Assembly (NCBI RefSeq): GCF_963921235.1
Contig: NC_086097.1
Location: 30,196,001-30,260,000, forward strand
DNA from: Mobula hypostoma
Lineage: Eukaryota
Length of the DNA: 64,000 bases
Reading direction: 5' to 3'
Position 1 is the stretch's first letter, and the number at the start of each line of letters is the position of its first letter. The notes under the pieces are model-generated. The model was given only the letters and a program-made list of their open reading frames with translations. It made no database searches and was not told where the DNA came from. Positions 22,752 through 35,829 of the stretch are shown here, piece after piece. Position numbers and translations under genes: made by a program.

Positions 22752-23744
22752 TTTCACATTCCTGGTGCTCCATCGAGAAGGTTGGGTGTGAGCCACCATC
22801 GAGAATTGCTGCAGTCCTGCTGGTGAAGGAGCTCCCACAGGGCTGTTGCTTCATCCATCATCAAAGGTCCCCAGCGTCCATGCCTTGCCATCTTCTCGCA
22901 GCTACACTTGGGCAGGAGGTACAGAAGCCTGAATTCCTGATAGAACATAGAACCGTACAACATAGTACAAGCCCTATGGCCAACAATGTTGTACCGTCAT
23001 TTTAACCTACTCCGAGATCAATTTGACCCTTCTCTACCACATAGCCCTCCATTTTTCATGCACCTATTTATGAAAGTATCAACTATTCATTCCCCTCTCT
23101 GAGATACTGCTTGAGTTCCTCCAGCATTTTGTGAGTGTTGCTCAAGATTTCCAGCATCTGTAGAATTTTTTTAATAAAGTGCACCACCAGGTTCAAGAAC
23201 AGCTAGTTCCCTTCAACCATTTGGTTCTTGAACCAACTGGGATTCGGTAAGGAGGAATTTTTTTTAAGTGAATCTGTGGAATGCTCTGCCACTGACTGCG
23301 GTGGAGGCAAAGTCAGTGGGTATATTTAAGGTGGAAGTTGATAGTTTCATGATCAGTCAGGGCATCAAAGGATATGGTGAGAAGGCAGGTGTATGAGGTT
23401 GAGTGGGAGCTGGGATCAGCCATGATGGAATGGCGGAGCAGATTTGATGGGCTGAATGGGCTATGTCTTATGGAGCCTAATCACTAGAGTTTAGCAACAC
23501 TATCACCATACTGATCACTTTACATTAAAAAAGACGTTGCTTTTTTCTGTTCTAATTGAGTCTTATAAAGATAAAAATAAAGATTAGTTTTATTTGTCAC
23601 ATGCACATTGAAACATACAGTGAAATGTGTTGCTTGTGTCAACTCAAATCAGAAAAAAATTGTGCTGGGGACAGTCTGTAAGTGCCACCACACTTGTAGT
23701 GACAATGTTGTGCCCACAACTCACTAACGCTAACTCGTATGGAG

Positions 23745-24625
23745 AGTCATAGAACACTACAGTACAGAAACAGGCCCTTTGGCCCATCTAGTTGATGCCA
23801 GACTGCACCCAGACCATAACTCTCCCATCTATGTATCTCTCAAAAGTTCTCTTAAATATTGAAATTGTACCTGCATCCATCATTTCCACTAGCAGCTCGT
23901 TCCACGCTGTCACCACCCTCTGGGTGAAGAAGCTCTCCCTTATGTTCCCCTTAAACATTTCACCTTCCACCCTTAACCCCTGACCTCTAGTTTTAGTCCC
24001 ACTCAACCTCAGTGGAAAAAGCCTGCTTCCATTTACCCTCTCTATAGCCCTCTTAATTTTGTATACCTCTATCAAATCTCCCCTCATCCTTCTACACTCC
24101 AGGGAATAAATCCTAACCTATTCTGCCCTTCCCTAATGAACCAGCCTCTACCACGACCCCTGGCAGTACATGTGTTGCTTTACCGGTCTGCTGCCCAGAT
24201 TAGAGAGAATGTCTTATGAAGAAAAGTTGAGTCGGCTAGGATTTGTCTCTTTGGCGCAAAGAAGGATGAGAGGTGACTGATAGAGGTGTACAACTTGGTA
24301 AGAGACATAAATAAAGTGGTCAGCCTGCATCTTTTTCCCAGGGCAGAAATGGCTAATACAAGGAGACCTAATTTTAAGGAAATTTGGAGGAAAGGATGTC
24401 AAAGGTAGGGTTTTTTCAAATAGAGTCATAGGTATTTGGAACGTGCTGCAAGGGGAGGTGGTAAAGGCTGATACATTAGGGCCATTTAATAAGCTGTTAG
24501 GTAGGCATATGGATGAAAGCAAAGTGGAGGGCTATGTGAGGAAAAAAGGGTTAGATTGATCTTGGAGTAGATTAAAAGGTTGGCACATCATCGTGGGCCA
24601 CAGGGCCTGTTCTGTTCTGTGTTCA
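23745..24625. mobile_element. Two CR1 3' fragments in opposite orientation (minus ~23745-24135; plus ~24180-24625)
   Basis: MRGDLIEVYKI..FFTQRVVTAWNEL (minus) and the equivalent decayed sequence on plus. Confidence 0.85.
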
Positions 24626-26029
24626 ATATTCAATGTGCTAAGTTGTATGTTCCGTCTTTCTACTCCCTCCACCAGTTTCTGGTTCATTTGTAACCAACAG
24701 GAAATTCTCAGACAACCCTGGTCAGAACTGAACCCACAACCATCGGCGTAAGGTCACTGAGCTAGAGACATGGCCCCACCAACAGCGGCCTGTGGTGACT
24801 GACAGGACTGCTAGTAGATGCAGTCTATCATCTTCGCGAGTTTGAAGTTTGGTCTGTTAACCTGCTGCGTGTTTAGCTTTTAAATTTACATCTTATTTAG
24901 AGTTAGAGTGTGGAGTAAGCCCACCCAGCCCTTCGAGCTGTGCTGCCCCGGCAACTCTGGATTCAATGCTTGCCCTAGTAACCCTAATAATGAGACAATT
25001 TACCTACTCTCCAGTGCACCTTTGGACTGTGGCAGAAGCTGCAGCACTTCCCACAGGGAGGGAGGATGTACAGACTCCTTCCAGATGACGTCATATTGAA
25101 CCCCAAACTCCGACGCCCCGAGCTGTAGTTGCGTCTCGTCGACTGTTACGCTACCATTTAGGAATGAGAACTTACACTGAGAGGCAAACACCTGTTTCCA
25201 GATGTGGACTGTTTTTTCAGCAAGCAACACATTGAGTTCAGGAGTTGTAGTAATGTTATCCTGCAATTGTTCAAGATGTTAGTGTTGCCACATTTGGAAG
25301 ATTGTGTTCAGTTTTGGTCATCTTGAACGTATAATTTATTGAAAACATTCCCTTCAGCGGGAAAGAGTGAAGAGCAGATTTACAAGGATGTTGCCAGAAC
25401 GGAGTTATGGAGAGAGGTTGAACAGGTTTGGTCTTTTTTTCATTGGAGTGTGGAGTGATATTATCAGAATTAGTTTTATTATCACTGATCTGTATCGTGC
25501 AATTTATTGTTTTGCAGCAGCAGTACAGTACAAAACATAAGAGTTACCATAAGTCACAAAATAAATAAATGGTTCAATGAGAAATAATGAGGTAGCACTC
25601 AACATCCCTATATATCTCACTCCTGTACACTTCCACATCACCGTCTGAGATTCTGCCTCCAACAGCACAGTCATCAGCAAATTTACAGATGGCATAGACA
25701 GGGTGAGTGCACACTGTCATGTTCCCACAGTTAGAAATCTAGAACTAGAGGACATAGGTTTAAGGTGAGAGGGGAGAGATTTAATAGGGACCTGAAGGGC
25801 AACTTTTTTTTACCCAGAAGGTAGTCAGTAAATGGAATGAACTGCCAGAGGAAGTGGTGGAAGCAGGGTACATTAACAACACTTAAAAGGGACTGGGACA
25901 GGTTCAGGGATAGGAAAGGAGGGATCTGGGCCGAACGGAGGCAAATGGGACCAACTTGGATGGGAATCCTGTTTGGTATGGGCCAGTTAGGCCATAAGGC
26001 CTGTTTGCATGCTCTATGACTCTATGACT

Positions 26030-26765
26030 GAAGTACAGTCAGCTGGATCAGCTTTTGGACGTCTCCGAACAAGAGTCTTTCATGATCGTGACATCCGAAC
26101 AGACTCCAGAATGTTAGTGTACAAAGCAGTGGAAATCCCAACGCTCCTGTATGCATCAAAAACCTGGACAGCATACCGATGGCATTTGAAGGCACTTGAA
26201 AAGTTCTATCAATGCTGTCTTCGAAACATCTTAACTATCGGCTGGAAAGATAGAAGAACCAACGTCAGTGTGCTAAATGAAGCAAAAACAACAAGCACTG
26301 AAGCCTATGTCATCAAGAACCAACTAAGATGGAGCGGTCATGTTGTTCAGATGAAAGACGAACGTCTGCCGAAACAAATCTTCTACTCCCTGCTTAAAGA
26401 AGGCAAACGTAAAAGAGGCGGACAACGGAAGAGATTCAAAGACGTCTTAAAAGCCATCACAAAGAAATGTAACATCGACATCAACAATTGGGAAACCAAT
26501 GCCAAGGACAGGAAACTGGCAATCCGTCATCCGAGAAGGAACAGCAACTTTCAAAGCCAACAGATGTGCAGAATTAGAAGAAAAGAGAAGAAAATGGAAA
26601 GAGAGGCAGCAACAACGAAAACCCGATCTGCCGTCTGGAACTACCTGTCGGGAATGCGGAAGAACTTTCAAAGCCAAGATTGGACTCATAAGCCACTTGA
26701 GAGCCCATAAGTAGATCAACAGAACGAAGACCATCATCCTCGACCTCGAGGGATAGCCACGACGA
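26030..26765 (+). mobile_element. RTE-clade LINE 3' end with C-terminal C2H2 finger
   Basis: SAFGRL..VYKAV.IPTLLYAS.TW..QLRWSGHV..M.DERLPKQIFY..GKRKRGGQRKRFKD, one frameshift at ~26520, then CRECGRTFKAKIGLISHLRAH. 3' hairpin CCTCGA/TCGAGG and a (CGA)n end. Confidence 0.9.
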
Positions 26766-27679
26766 GTATTTGATGGTCAGCATGACTATGATGGGCCAAA
26801 GGGCCGATTTCTATATGACTCTATGAGTGTAAAAGCTAGTTTGTTGTCCATTAGGCTACAGCCAGCTCCATCGCCATAGCAGCATTTGTCCCACCACTGC
26901 CCTGATTGAGATTATATACGTACCTACTTTCTTAATGGACTACAAAGGTAGATGCGTTATAAGAAGCATTTCGATCTCTCAGTGTACTGGAGCCTGTTAG
27001 ATCTCAGATTGTGAAAAATGCCCTCTGAGGTAGAAGAACGAATAATGTTGAATTCAAGGTCAGGAAGAATACGCCAGCACTTTGTTCTGACAGAGGATAA
27101 TAAGGTTATTACTGACACATGAAACCACGCTTTTCCAGACAACATCAATCATCTTGTTTTGCAATTGAATTACTTTGGGATAAAATGCAGGTCATGATGT
27201 CAGGAAGCCCAGGTTCTATAGATGATCCTCGAACACTGCAAACAATAGAAGTCTCCACGTACTGGAGGCGATATTATTATCCTGTCAGGACTTTTATTAA
27301 GTGCTTTTCCATTGAAGCAACATAAGTAAGGCATGGGGGTAATTGGTAGCACTTAACTTAATCAATTCAGACATCTGCTTGAGTAAACAAGAAGCATTTT
27401 ACATTCTGCTGATGGGTTCGCCAGTTTTAGACCAGAGTTGATACACTGTGTGTTACAGGTCTGGGTAAGACTTATAGACAGTGCTGCCTCTGGAATAAGA
27501 GTGTCACTTACTTACTGCTCCCTAATCTAATCTCATCCATTTGGCTAGTGCAGCCTTTGACCAAGATATGTCTTTAATGTAGAAGAGCCGTGATTTATTT
27601 TAGAGCTGGTGAAAAAGGTGGCAGAGGGAAAGAGAGTAGGGACGTAGATGCAAGAGGGGAGAATGTTGATAAGATGCTA

Positions 27680-28200
27680 ATCAATAAGCTTCAAACTTGG
27701 GCCTCTATATCTCCCTTTGCAACTGGATCCTTGATTTCCTCATTGGGAGACCACAGTCAATGCAGATTGGAAATAACATCTTCTCACTTACAATCAACAC
27801 GGATGCACTTCATCAGTGCATACTTGGCCCACTGCTCTCCACTCATAACTGTGAGGCTAGGCACAGCCCAAACTCCATCTAAAAATCCATTGATGGCAGA
27901 ATTTCAGATGGTGACGAGGCGGTGTTCAGGAGTGAGACAGATTGCCAGGTGGTGTCATAACAACAACCTTGAACTCAGCGTCAGTAAGACATGGGGATTG
28001 ATTGTAGACTTTAGGAAGGGTAAGTCGAGGGAACACACATCAGTCCTTATCGATGTTTCAGCAGTGCAAAGGGAGACCAGTTTCAGGTCCCTGGCTGTCA
28101 ACATCTATCCCAAGGTCTATCCTGGGCCCAACGTATCAATGCAATTACAAAGAAGGCACAACTGGAGCTATGTGAGTTTGAGGTGATTTGGTATGGTGGC
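27680..28200 (+). mobile_element. Decayed Rex1/Babar-like RT fragment
   Basis: SLCNWILDFLIGRPQS..INT..Q; WCHNNNLELSVSKT..LIVDFRK. Confidence 0.8.
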
Positions 28201-30779
28201 AAATTTCTGCTCCTATGTCTCATTGTCCCTTGAGTCCTGCAAGATCCTCATAAGTCTCCTCCGCACTCTTTCCAGCTTCATGATGTGTTTCCTACAACTG
28301 GGCGACCAAAACTGAACACAATATTCCAAATGCAGCCTTTCCAACGTCTTGTACCACTGCAACGTAACATCACAGCTACTATCATCAGAGATCCGACTGA
28401 TCAGGGACAGTGTGCCTTGTTCTCCGTGCTCCTTTTCCGTCTCTGCGAATGAGTTCCAAGGTAGCCTCAACAACAGGATGAAGGACTCATCTGTTGGAGA
28501 GCATCTGAACATCTGTCACATTGGGTTAAAAGGGCCCTGAAGGAACAATTGCATCTGTGGTGGGCAGAAGAGCGATTAAACCGAAATGTTTTTGAACGAG
28601 CTTGGCAGATGGCTAATGGGATCTCGTGGGTGGCAGACTTTCCGGCCGAGGAATTATCTGGTGGTTTGGATTGTACTTCCTGGATATGGGGGAGGTATAA
28701 TGAAATGATAAATATTAAAGATTACCTTTATTTCTCACATTACATCACAACATACCGGGAAATATGTCAAAGGGTCAACGACCAACACCATCCAAGGATG
28801 TGCTGGGGGCGGCCCGCAAGTTTCAGCATGTATTCTGGCACTGACATAGCATGCGCTAACCCTAAATGTAAGTCTTTGTAATCTGGGAGGAAACTGGAGC
28901 ATCCGAAGGAAATCAGTCATGATAGAATGGCGGAGCAAACTCGATGGGCTGAATAGCCTAATTCTGCTTCTATGTCTCATGGTCTTACAACTCAGTCCCT
29001 CGAGTCCTGGCAACATCCTCATAAGTCTCCTCTGCACCTTTCTCAGCTTAATGACATGTTTCCTCTAACAAGCAAGAAAACCTCCACAATGCGACACAAT
29101 ATTCCAAATGCAGCCTCTTCAAAGTCTTGGAATTGAATAGAATTGAACCCTACAGTTGCCTGTAAGTTAGTATGTTCTCCCTGCGACCACATGGGTGTCC
29201 TCCCACCTTCTAAAGGCAGATGGGCTCTGGCTGGTAAATTGTGGACATGCTATACTGGTGCAGGAAGCATGGTGCACTTGCGGGCTGCCCCCAGCATATC
29301 CTGGGATTGCATTGTTCGTTGATCCAAACAACACATTTCACTGTTTGTTTCAATGTACATGTGACAAATGAAGCTCATCTTTAATCTTTACATCTTAAAC
29401 ACCTAGTATATCGTATCTGATTCCAGCACCTTCCCTGGCAATCCATTAAAAAAAAACTTGCCCCACAATTCTCCCCCCTCATCTTAAATGCATGTCCCCT
29501 AGTATTTGACGTTTTGCCCTGGGTAAAAGATATGAATGCCTACCCCGTCTGTACGCTCATAATTTTATAAACTTCTTTCAGCTCTCCCGACAGCCCCATC
29601 TTTATATGGGGCATGAGGATCACATCCTCACTGGTATAGCGAGAGGTCAGTGCCATTCAACATCCTCCAAGATTCATCCCTCTGGAAAAGTGCTGACCAC
29701 TGAAAACAGCATGGCATGGTAACCTAATCCCATTTATTCTCCCCCGACATACCCCTCACCCCACACCGGGGGAAAGTAATTAACCTACCAAAGTCATCGG
29801 AGTGCAAGAGGAAACCGGAACACCCAGGGGAAACACACACACTCAGGGGCAAACTCCACACAGACAGTGCTGGAGGTTGGGATCAAATCAGGGACATTGG
29901 AGCCAAGGGGCAGTGGCTCCAGTGGCTGCCCCTGATCTGCACTTCACTGAAGTCCGGGTAGATCTCAGTAGCTCCATGGAGCAACTGAAACTGGGCACTT
30001 TGGCACTAATTTCACGACATATGTCAGTGACAATACATCTGATTCTGATTCTGGTTCCGGATACCTGTGCTGGAGTGAGCGGTCATAATGCTGCCTGCAG
30101 TAATGGGGTGCTGCCAGGAGATGTCAGCGTTGATGCACCCAGTGTCTACAGTTATGTAGGGGTTATGTAGAAATTATTTCTCTCAAGAGTCTGGTGAATC
30201 TAGAACATAGAACATAGAGCAGTAAAACACTGTACAGTCTCTTCAGCCCACAATATTATGTCAACCTCTTAAGCTACTCCAAGATTAATCCAACCCTCCC
30301 CTCCCACATAACCAATTGTCTATCATCCGTGTTCCTATTTAAGACTCTCTTAAATGTCCCTAAATTTTCTGCCTTTACCACCACTCTGAAAGTGTGTACC
30401 AGGCACTTGCCACTCTCTGTGTAAAAAAAAACCTACCTCTGACATTCCCTCATACTTTCCTCCATTCGCCTACAAATTATATGTCCTTGTATTAGCCATT
30501 TCCGTCCTGGGAAAAGTTTCTGGCTGTCCACTCAATTATCTTGTACATCTCCATCAAATCCCCTACTCATCCTCCTTCGCTCCAAAGAGAAAACCCCTAG
30601 CTCACTCAACCTATTCTCAAAAAGCATACTGTCTAATCCAAGCAGCACCCTGGTAAATCTCCTCTGCACCCTCTCTAATGTTTTCCCATTCTATGCATGC
30701 TATTCTATGTATGCTTTGAACAGTAGGGAGTGGGTATGTCACCATCCATCCGGATGGTCTCCAGGACACCTGAAACCAC

Positions 30780-31470
30780 AAGTCACTGTTAGGAAATGTC
30801 ATCCAGAAAATGAACCCATGGAAAGCACCTGGCCCAGATGGTGTCCCTGGCCATGTCCTTAGGTCCTGTCCAGATCAGATGGCAGGAGTTTTTGCAGGTA
30901 TTTTTAACCTCACCCTACCTCAGCCTATCGTTTCCTCCTGCTTTAAGAACACCACTATGATCCTGGTGCTCAACAGAAATGAGATAATGTGTCTTAATGA
31001 CTACTGCCCAGTGGTTCTGACCTCCACCATCATTAACTGCTTCAAGAGGCTAGTCGTGGCACCCATTAACTCCAGCCTCCCAGACAACCTCGACCCACTG
31101 CAATCAGCCTCATGTCAAAACAAGTGGATACCATCTCCATAGACACATGCTTATCTCTGGACCATCTAGACAGTGAAGTCACCTACAAGTCTGTATTGAC
31201 CACAGCTCCTCCTTCAAATCCACACTTCCTGGCGAAGGTAGCACCAAACCCCTGGTACAGGCACTCAACACCTCCCTCTGCAGCTGGACCCTCGACTTTC
31301 TGACCAACCGACTATAATCAGTAAGGATAAGCAGCAGCTCCTCTGTCACGATTATCCTCAACACTGGTGCCCCACAAGGTTGTGTTCTGTACTCCCTGTC
31401 ACCCATGACTGTGTGCCCAGATTCTGCTCTAACTCCATCTGTAAGTTAGTGGGTGACACTACCGTAGTGG
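30780..31470 (+). mobile_element. Decayed Rex1/Babar-like RT fragment
   Basis: NPWKAPGPDGVPGHVLRSC.DQ.AGVF..IFN..CLNDY.PV.LTS..CFKRLV..LDPLQ; NTGAPQGCVL. Confidence 0.85.
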
Positions 31471-31472
31471 AT

Positions 31473-31700
31473 CATTAGTTACCGCCCATTACGCCACTGG
31501 CATTTAGGGCTGCAGTGAATGTCCTCCATCTCTGTCTGTCCTTGGCCATTTTCTCTACTGTGCCGCAGGTGTGGTTCAGGTCATCATTTCTGGCTTTACG
31601 GTATGGCACCAAGTTGTCTTTGGTCTACTGCATTTCCTCTGCCCTTCAGGGACCTAATGAAGTGCTGTGTTGACGCTGGAGTTGGCTTCTCTTCTCATCT
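31473..31700 (-). mobile_element. Decayed RTE(-X/Expander-like) 3' end
   Basis: Reverse complement translates ALH*VPEGQRKCSRPKTTWCHTV, resembling the RTE motif W.P.G.R.RGRPK.TW. Confidence 0.65.
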
Positions 31701-31704
31701 GGTC

Positions 31705-32730
31705 ACCAGCTTAGCTAGAGGAAGGTATAATTAACCTGGAAAGAGTGCAGGCAAGATTCACTAAGATGTTACCAGGACTGGAGGGTATGAGTTATAAGGA
31801 GAGGCTGGATATCCTGGGAAAGTTTTTCTTGGAGTGAAGGAGGCTGAGTGGTGACCTTATAGAGATTTATAAAATCATGAGGGACATAGATAACGTGAGT
31901 GGAGTCTTTCCCCAGGGTATTTATCATATAGGACATAGCACAGTGCAGGCTCTTTGGCCCATAATGTTGTGCCAACATTTTAAACTTTTGCAAGATCAAT
32001 CTAACCCTTCCCTCCTACATAACCCTCCAGTTTTCTACCATCCATGTGCCTGTTTAAGAATTCCTTGAATGTTCCTAACGTATCTGTCCCTGCCACCACT
32101 TTAGCAGCACATTCCATGCACCCACAACTCTCCACGTCAAATGAGAATTTACCTCTGACATCCCACCCCCACTATACTTTCCTACAATCATTTTAAAATT
32201 ATGCCTCTTTGTATAGCCATTTCTGCTCTGGGAAAGTCTTCAGCTATGCCTTTAATCACCTTGTACACCTCGATCAGGTCACCTCGCATCCTCCTCTCCA
32301 AAGAAAAAAGACATAACTTACTCAATCAACCTTCATGAGACATGCCATGTAGTCCAGGCAATATCCTGGTACATCTTCTCTGTACTCTCCCTAAAGTTTC
32401 CACATCCTTTCTATAATGAGCTGAGCTGAACCAAACAACAGGAGTCTAAAACCAGGGGGTGCTGGTTTAGGGTGGAGGGGGAAGATTTAAAGGGGATTTG
32501 AGGAGCAACATTTTCACATAGAGAGTGGTGGATATATGGAATCAGCCGCCAGATGAAGTGGTATAGGCAGGTATAATTACAACGTTTAAAAGATAGTGGG
32601 ACAGGAACATGGATAAGATAGGTTCAAAGTGATATGGGGCAAAAACAAGTATATGGGACTAGTCGGGTGGCTCTGTGTTCAGCACGGATGAGCTGGACTG
32701 AAAGGTCAGCTCCTTTGCTGTGTTACTCTG
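31705..32730 (+). mobile_element. CR1 3' fragment split by an antisense CR1 (~31925-32440)
   Basis: LERVQ.RFTKMLPGLEG.SY.ERL..GDLIEIYKIMR; the host resumes at GGAGTCTAAAACCAG. Confidence 0.75.
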
Positions 32731-33114
32731 TGCTTATTTCAAGTGGAAAATAAGTCATAATCTGAGCATCTGATCGAAGAGCAGACAATTCTGTGAAGGA
32801 CACTTCCCTCGCGTTAGAGATGGCCAGCTGTCCCTTGCTTTCCCCCCACCACTCACCCCACTTCACATTTATCTGACATTGATTGATCTGCAAGACAGCA
32901 GACTCTCGAGGCCCCCGCCACTGTCACAGGCAGAGAGCATTGTGCCTGCCAGAGGTGCAGTTTCCAAGCCTGTCCGATATTCTCTGGGGATGGGGTGCTG
33001 GCTGGGAAACACTTGGCCAACCAGACCTATCTGCTGCCAGGTTCCAGGCGTTTTTCAAAGAAAAGGAACGAGAATCTCGTTTGCGGCCTCCGCCTTCAGA
33101 AGAAGGTTGGACAG

Positions 33115-34080
33115 GTGTGTAGAAGGCTTTTCGGCAAGTCGGCTTCATTGGTCAGGGCACTGAGATTAGAAGTCAATGTGTTATATTGCAGTTGTAGAAG
33201 ACATTGGTGAGACACACTTGAAGTATCATGTTCAGGTCTGGTCACCAATCTATAGGAAAGATGTCAATAAATTCAAAAGCGTGCAGAGGAGATTTATTAG
33301 GATGTTGCCGAGGCTCAAGGGACTGAGTTATGGAGAGGGGTTGGGCAAGTTAGGACATTTTTCCTTGGATTGAGTGATCTCTCAAAGGTGTAAAAAAGCA
33401 AGAGGGGCATAGATAGGGTGAATGCACAAAGGCATTTTCCCAGCGTTGGGGAATCGAGAAGCGAGAGATTGAAGAAGAGAGGGGAAATATTTAATAGGAA
33501 CCTGAGGGGAAGTTTTTTCACCAAGATGGTGATCAGTGTGTGGAACAAGCTACCAGAAGAAGTGGTTGAAGCAGGTACATTAACAATATTTAATAGCTAC
33601 AGTACATTGATATATGCAAGGATAAAGAGATTAAGATTAAAATTAGATTGAAAATTAGCTTTATTTGTCACGTACATCGAAACATACAATGAAATGAGTA
33701 ATTTCCATCAAATCAAATCAAATCAGAGAGGATGTACTGGGGGCTGCCGGCAAGTGTCATCATGCACAATATAGCATGCCCACAACTCACTAACCCTAAC
33801 CGTACGCCTTTGGAATGTGGGAGGAAACTGGAGCACCCAGAGGAAACCTACGTGGGCACGGGGAGAATGTCCAAGCTCCTTACACACAGTGACCGGACTC
33901 AAACCCCTACCTCACAGCTGGTGCTGTAAAGTGATGCTCTAGCCACTACACTACTGTGCCACCTGAGGTGAAAGGAAAGGATTAGAGAGACAAGGGCCAA
34001 ATGTGGGCAACTGGAACTAACTCAGATGGGAATCGTAGCTGGCGTGGACCAGTTGAGCTGAAGGTCCTGTTTCTGAGCTC
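33115..34080 (+). mobile_element. CR1 3' fragment with nested antisense V-SINE (~33628-33963)
   Basis: VQVWSPIYRKD..VQRRFIRMLP; FFTKMVISVWNKLPEEVVEAG; SINE block TTGGAATGTGGGAGGAAACTGGAGCACCC. Confidence 0.8.
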
Positions 34081-34083
34081 TGT

Positions 34084-34272
34084 CTGTGTGTTACTATTGC
34101 TCAGAGCTGCTTGCTCTCTTTTCCTTAAAGCTGTGAACAATGAATGGGCATCAAATGCTTATGATGTGTTCATTTCACTTTTACAGTAACATCTCTACCA
34201 CACTTCCACTGTCTTACTCTTCATGACAACTAATTTGCAGCTAATTACTCCAGAATGACACATTCACCAGCT
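34084..34272 (+). repeat. Unclassified non-coding block, copy 1 (paralog at 39882-40249)
   Basis: Manual alignment gives ~75% identity over ~165 bp with a single 4-bp gap. Confidence 0.85.
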
Positions 34273-35527
34273 GCCTATTAACGCCAACACTTTCTGCTCT
34301 GAGATCTGCCAAGAATAACACTTCACGTAAAGACGCATTTCAGAATCAGAATCACTGTTATGACACGTAATGTGTTTCTTGTTGTTTTGCAGCAGCAATG
34401 CCGTGCAAAGACAATCAAATTAATATAAGCTACAAAATAAAGAGTGCAAAGAAAAGGAATAACAAGGTCGTGTTTGTGGGTTCATGGACAATTCAGAAAT
34501 CTGACAGTGCAGGGGAAGGAACGGTTTCCAAGTCGTTGAGTGTGTGTATTCAGCCTCCTGTACCTCCTTCCTGATGGTAGCAGTAAGAAGTGGGCATGCT
34601 CAGATGGTGAGGGTCTTTAGTGATCGATTGCACCTTCTTGAGGCACTGCCTTTCGAATCTGTCCTCGGTGGTGGGAGGGGTTGTGCCCATGATGAAGCTG
34701 GCTGACACTACAGCCCTCAGCAGCCTGTTGCAATCCTGCACGTTGATACCTCTGTACCAGGCTGTGATGCCACCGGTCAGAAAGCTCCCCATGTACAGCT
34801 GCAGAAATTTGCTAGAACCTTTGCTGACGTACCAAATCTCCTCAAAGTCCTAATGTAGTATAGTCTTGTTTGCGATTGCATTAACGTATTGGGCCCAGGA
34901 ACTTGTAATGAAGTGATCTATATGGGATGGTTGGCAAAACAAAGTTTTTCACCGTACCTCGGTACCTATTTACCAAATTTGTTCTCCTCTATCACCACCC
35001 CTGGCAGCACATTCCAAGCAGTCACCATTCTCTGTGTAAAAACAACTTGCTTCACACATCTGCTTTAAACTTCCCCCCTCACCTTCAATGAATATCCTCT
35101 AGCATTTGGTATTTCTACTCTGGGAAAAAGACTCTATTTGTGCCATATTTCTGCCTCTCAGTTTACGAAATTCTCTTAGTCTCTCTTCAGCCTCCAGTCC
35201 TCCAGTGAAAACAACTCAAGTCTGTCCAATCTCTCCTCATAACAGTCCAATCTCTCCCCTCTAATCCAGGCAGCATCCTGGTGAACCTCTTCTGCACCTT
35301 AGCTAAAGTCCCCGCATCCTTCCTGCAGTGGGGTGACAGAACTACATGCAAAAGCTGGTTCAGCTTGTATAATGTTCTCACCACCAGCTGGGCCATGCCA
35401 TCTTCTCACAGAATCAGGTTTAATATCATCGGCATATGTTGTGAAATTTGTTAATTTTACAAATACAATAAAATACACAATAATATAGTGGGAAAACTGT
35501 GAATTACTGTAAGCATATATATGCATA

Positions 35528-35829
35528 ATATGGGCACGTGGTCAAGTGGTTAAGGCATTGGACTAGCGACCTGAAGGTCGTGAGTTCGAGCCCCAGCCGA
35601 GGCAACGTGTTGTGTCCTTGAGCAAGGCACTTAATCACACCTTGCTCTGTGACGACACTGGTGCCAAGCTGTATGCCCTTCCCTTGGACAGCATTGGTGT
35701 CGTGGAGAGGGGAGATTTGCAGCATGGGCAACTGCTGGTCTTCCATACAACCTTGCCCAGGCCTGCGCCCTGGAGAGTGAAGATTTTCCAGGCGCAGATC
35801 CATGGTCTCGCAAGACTAACGGAGGCCTT
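35528..35829 (+). mobile_element. Young full-length tRNA-CORE-RTE-type SINE
   Basis: A box TGGTCAAGTGG, B box GAGTTCGAGCC, CORE-like TGTGTCCTTGAGCAAGGCACTTAA, hairpin tail. 12-bp TSD TATATATGCATA (35516-35527, 35830-35841). Sits in a minus-strand Rex1-like fragment (~35410-36300). Confidence 0.88.

Noticed and set aside
29612..29623. CATGAGGATCAC identity to the MS2 operator
   Set aside because: Only 12 nt match and the 3' arm (CCATG) is absent, so the MS2 hairpin cannot form; chance match.
35532..35600. tRNA genes (also ~1140-1211, ~9712-9780 and ~47585-47655)
   Set aside because: A and B boxes continue directly into SINE bodies, and I could not identify a complete cloverleaf.
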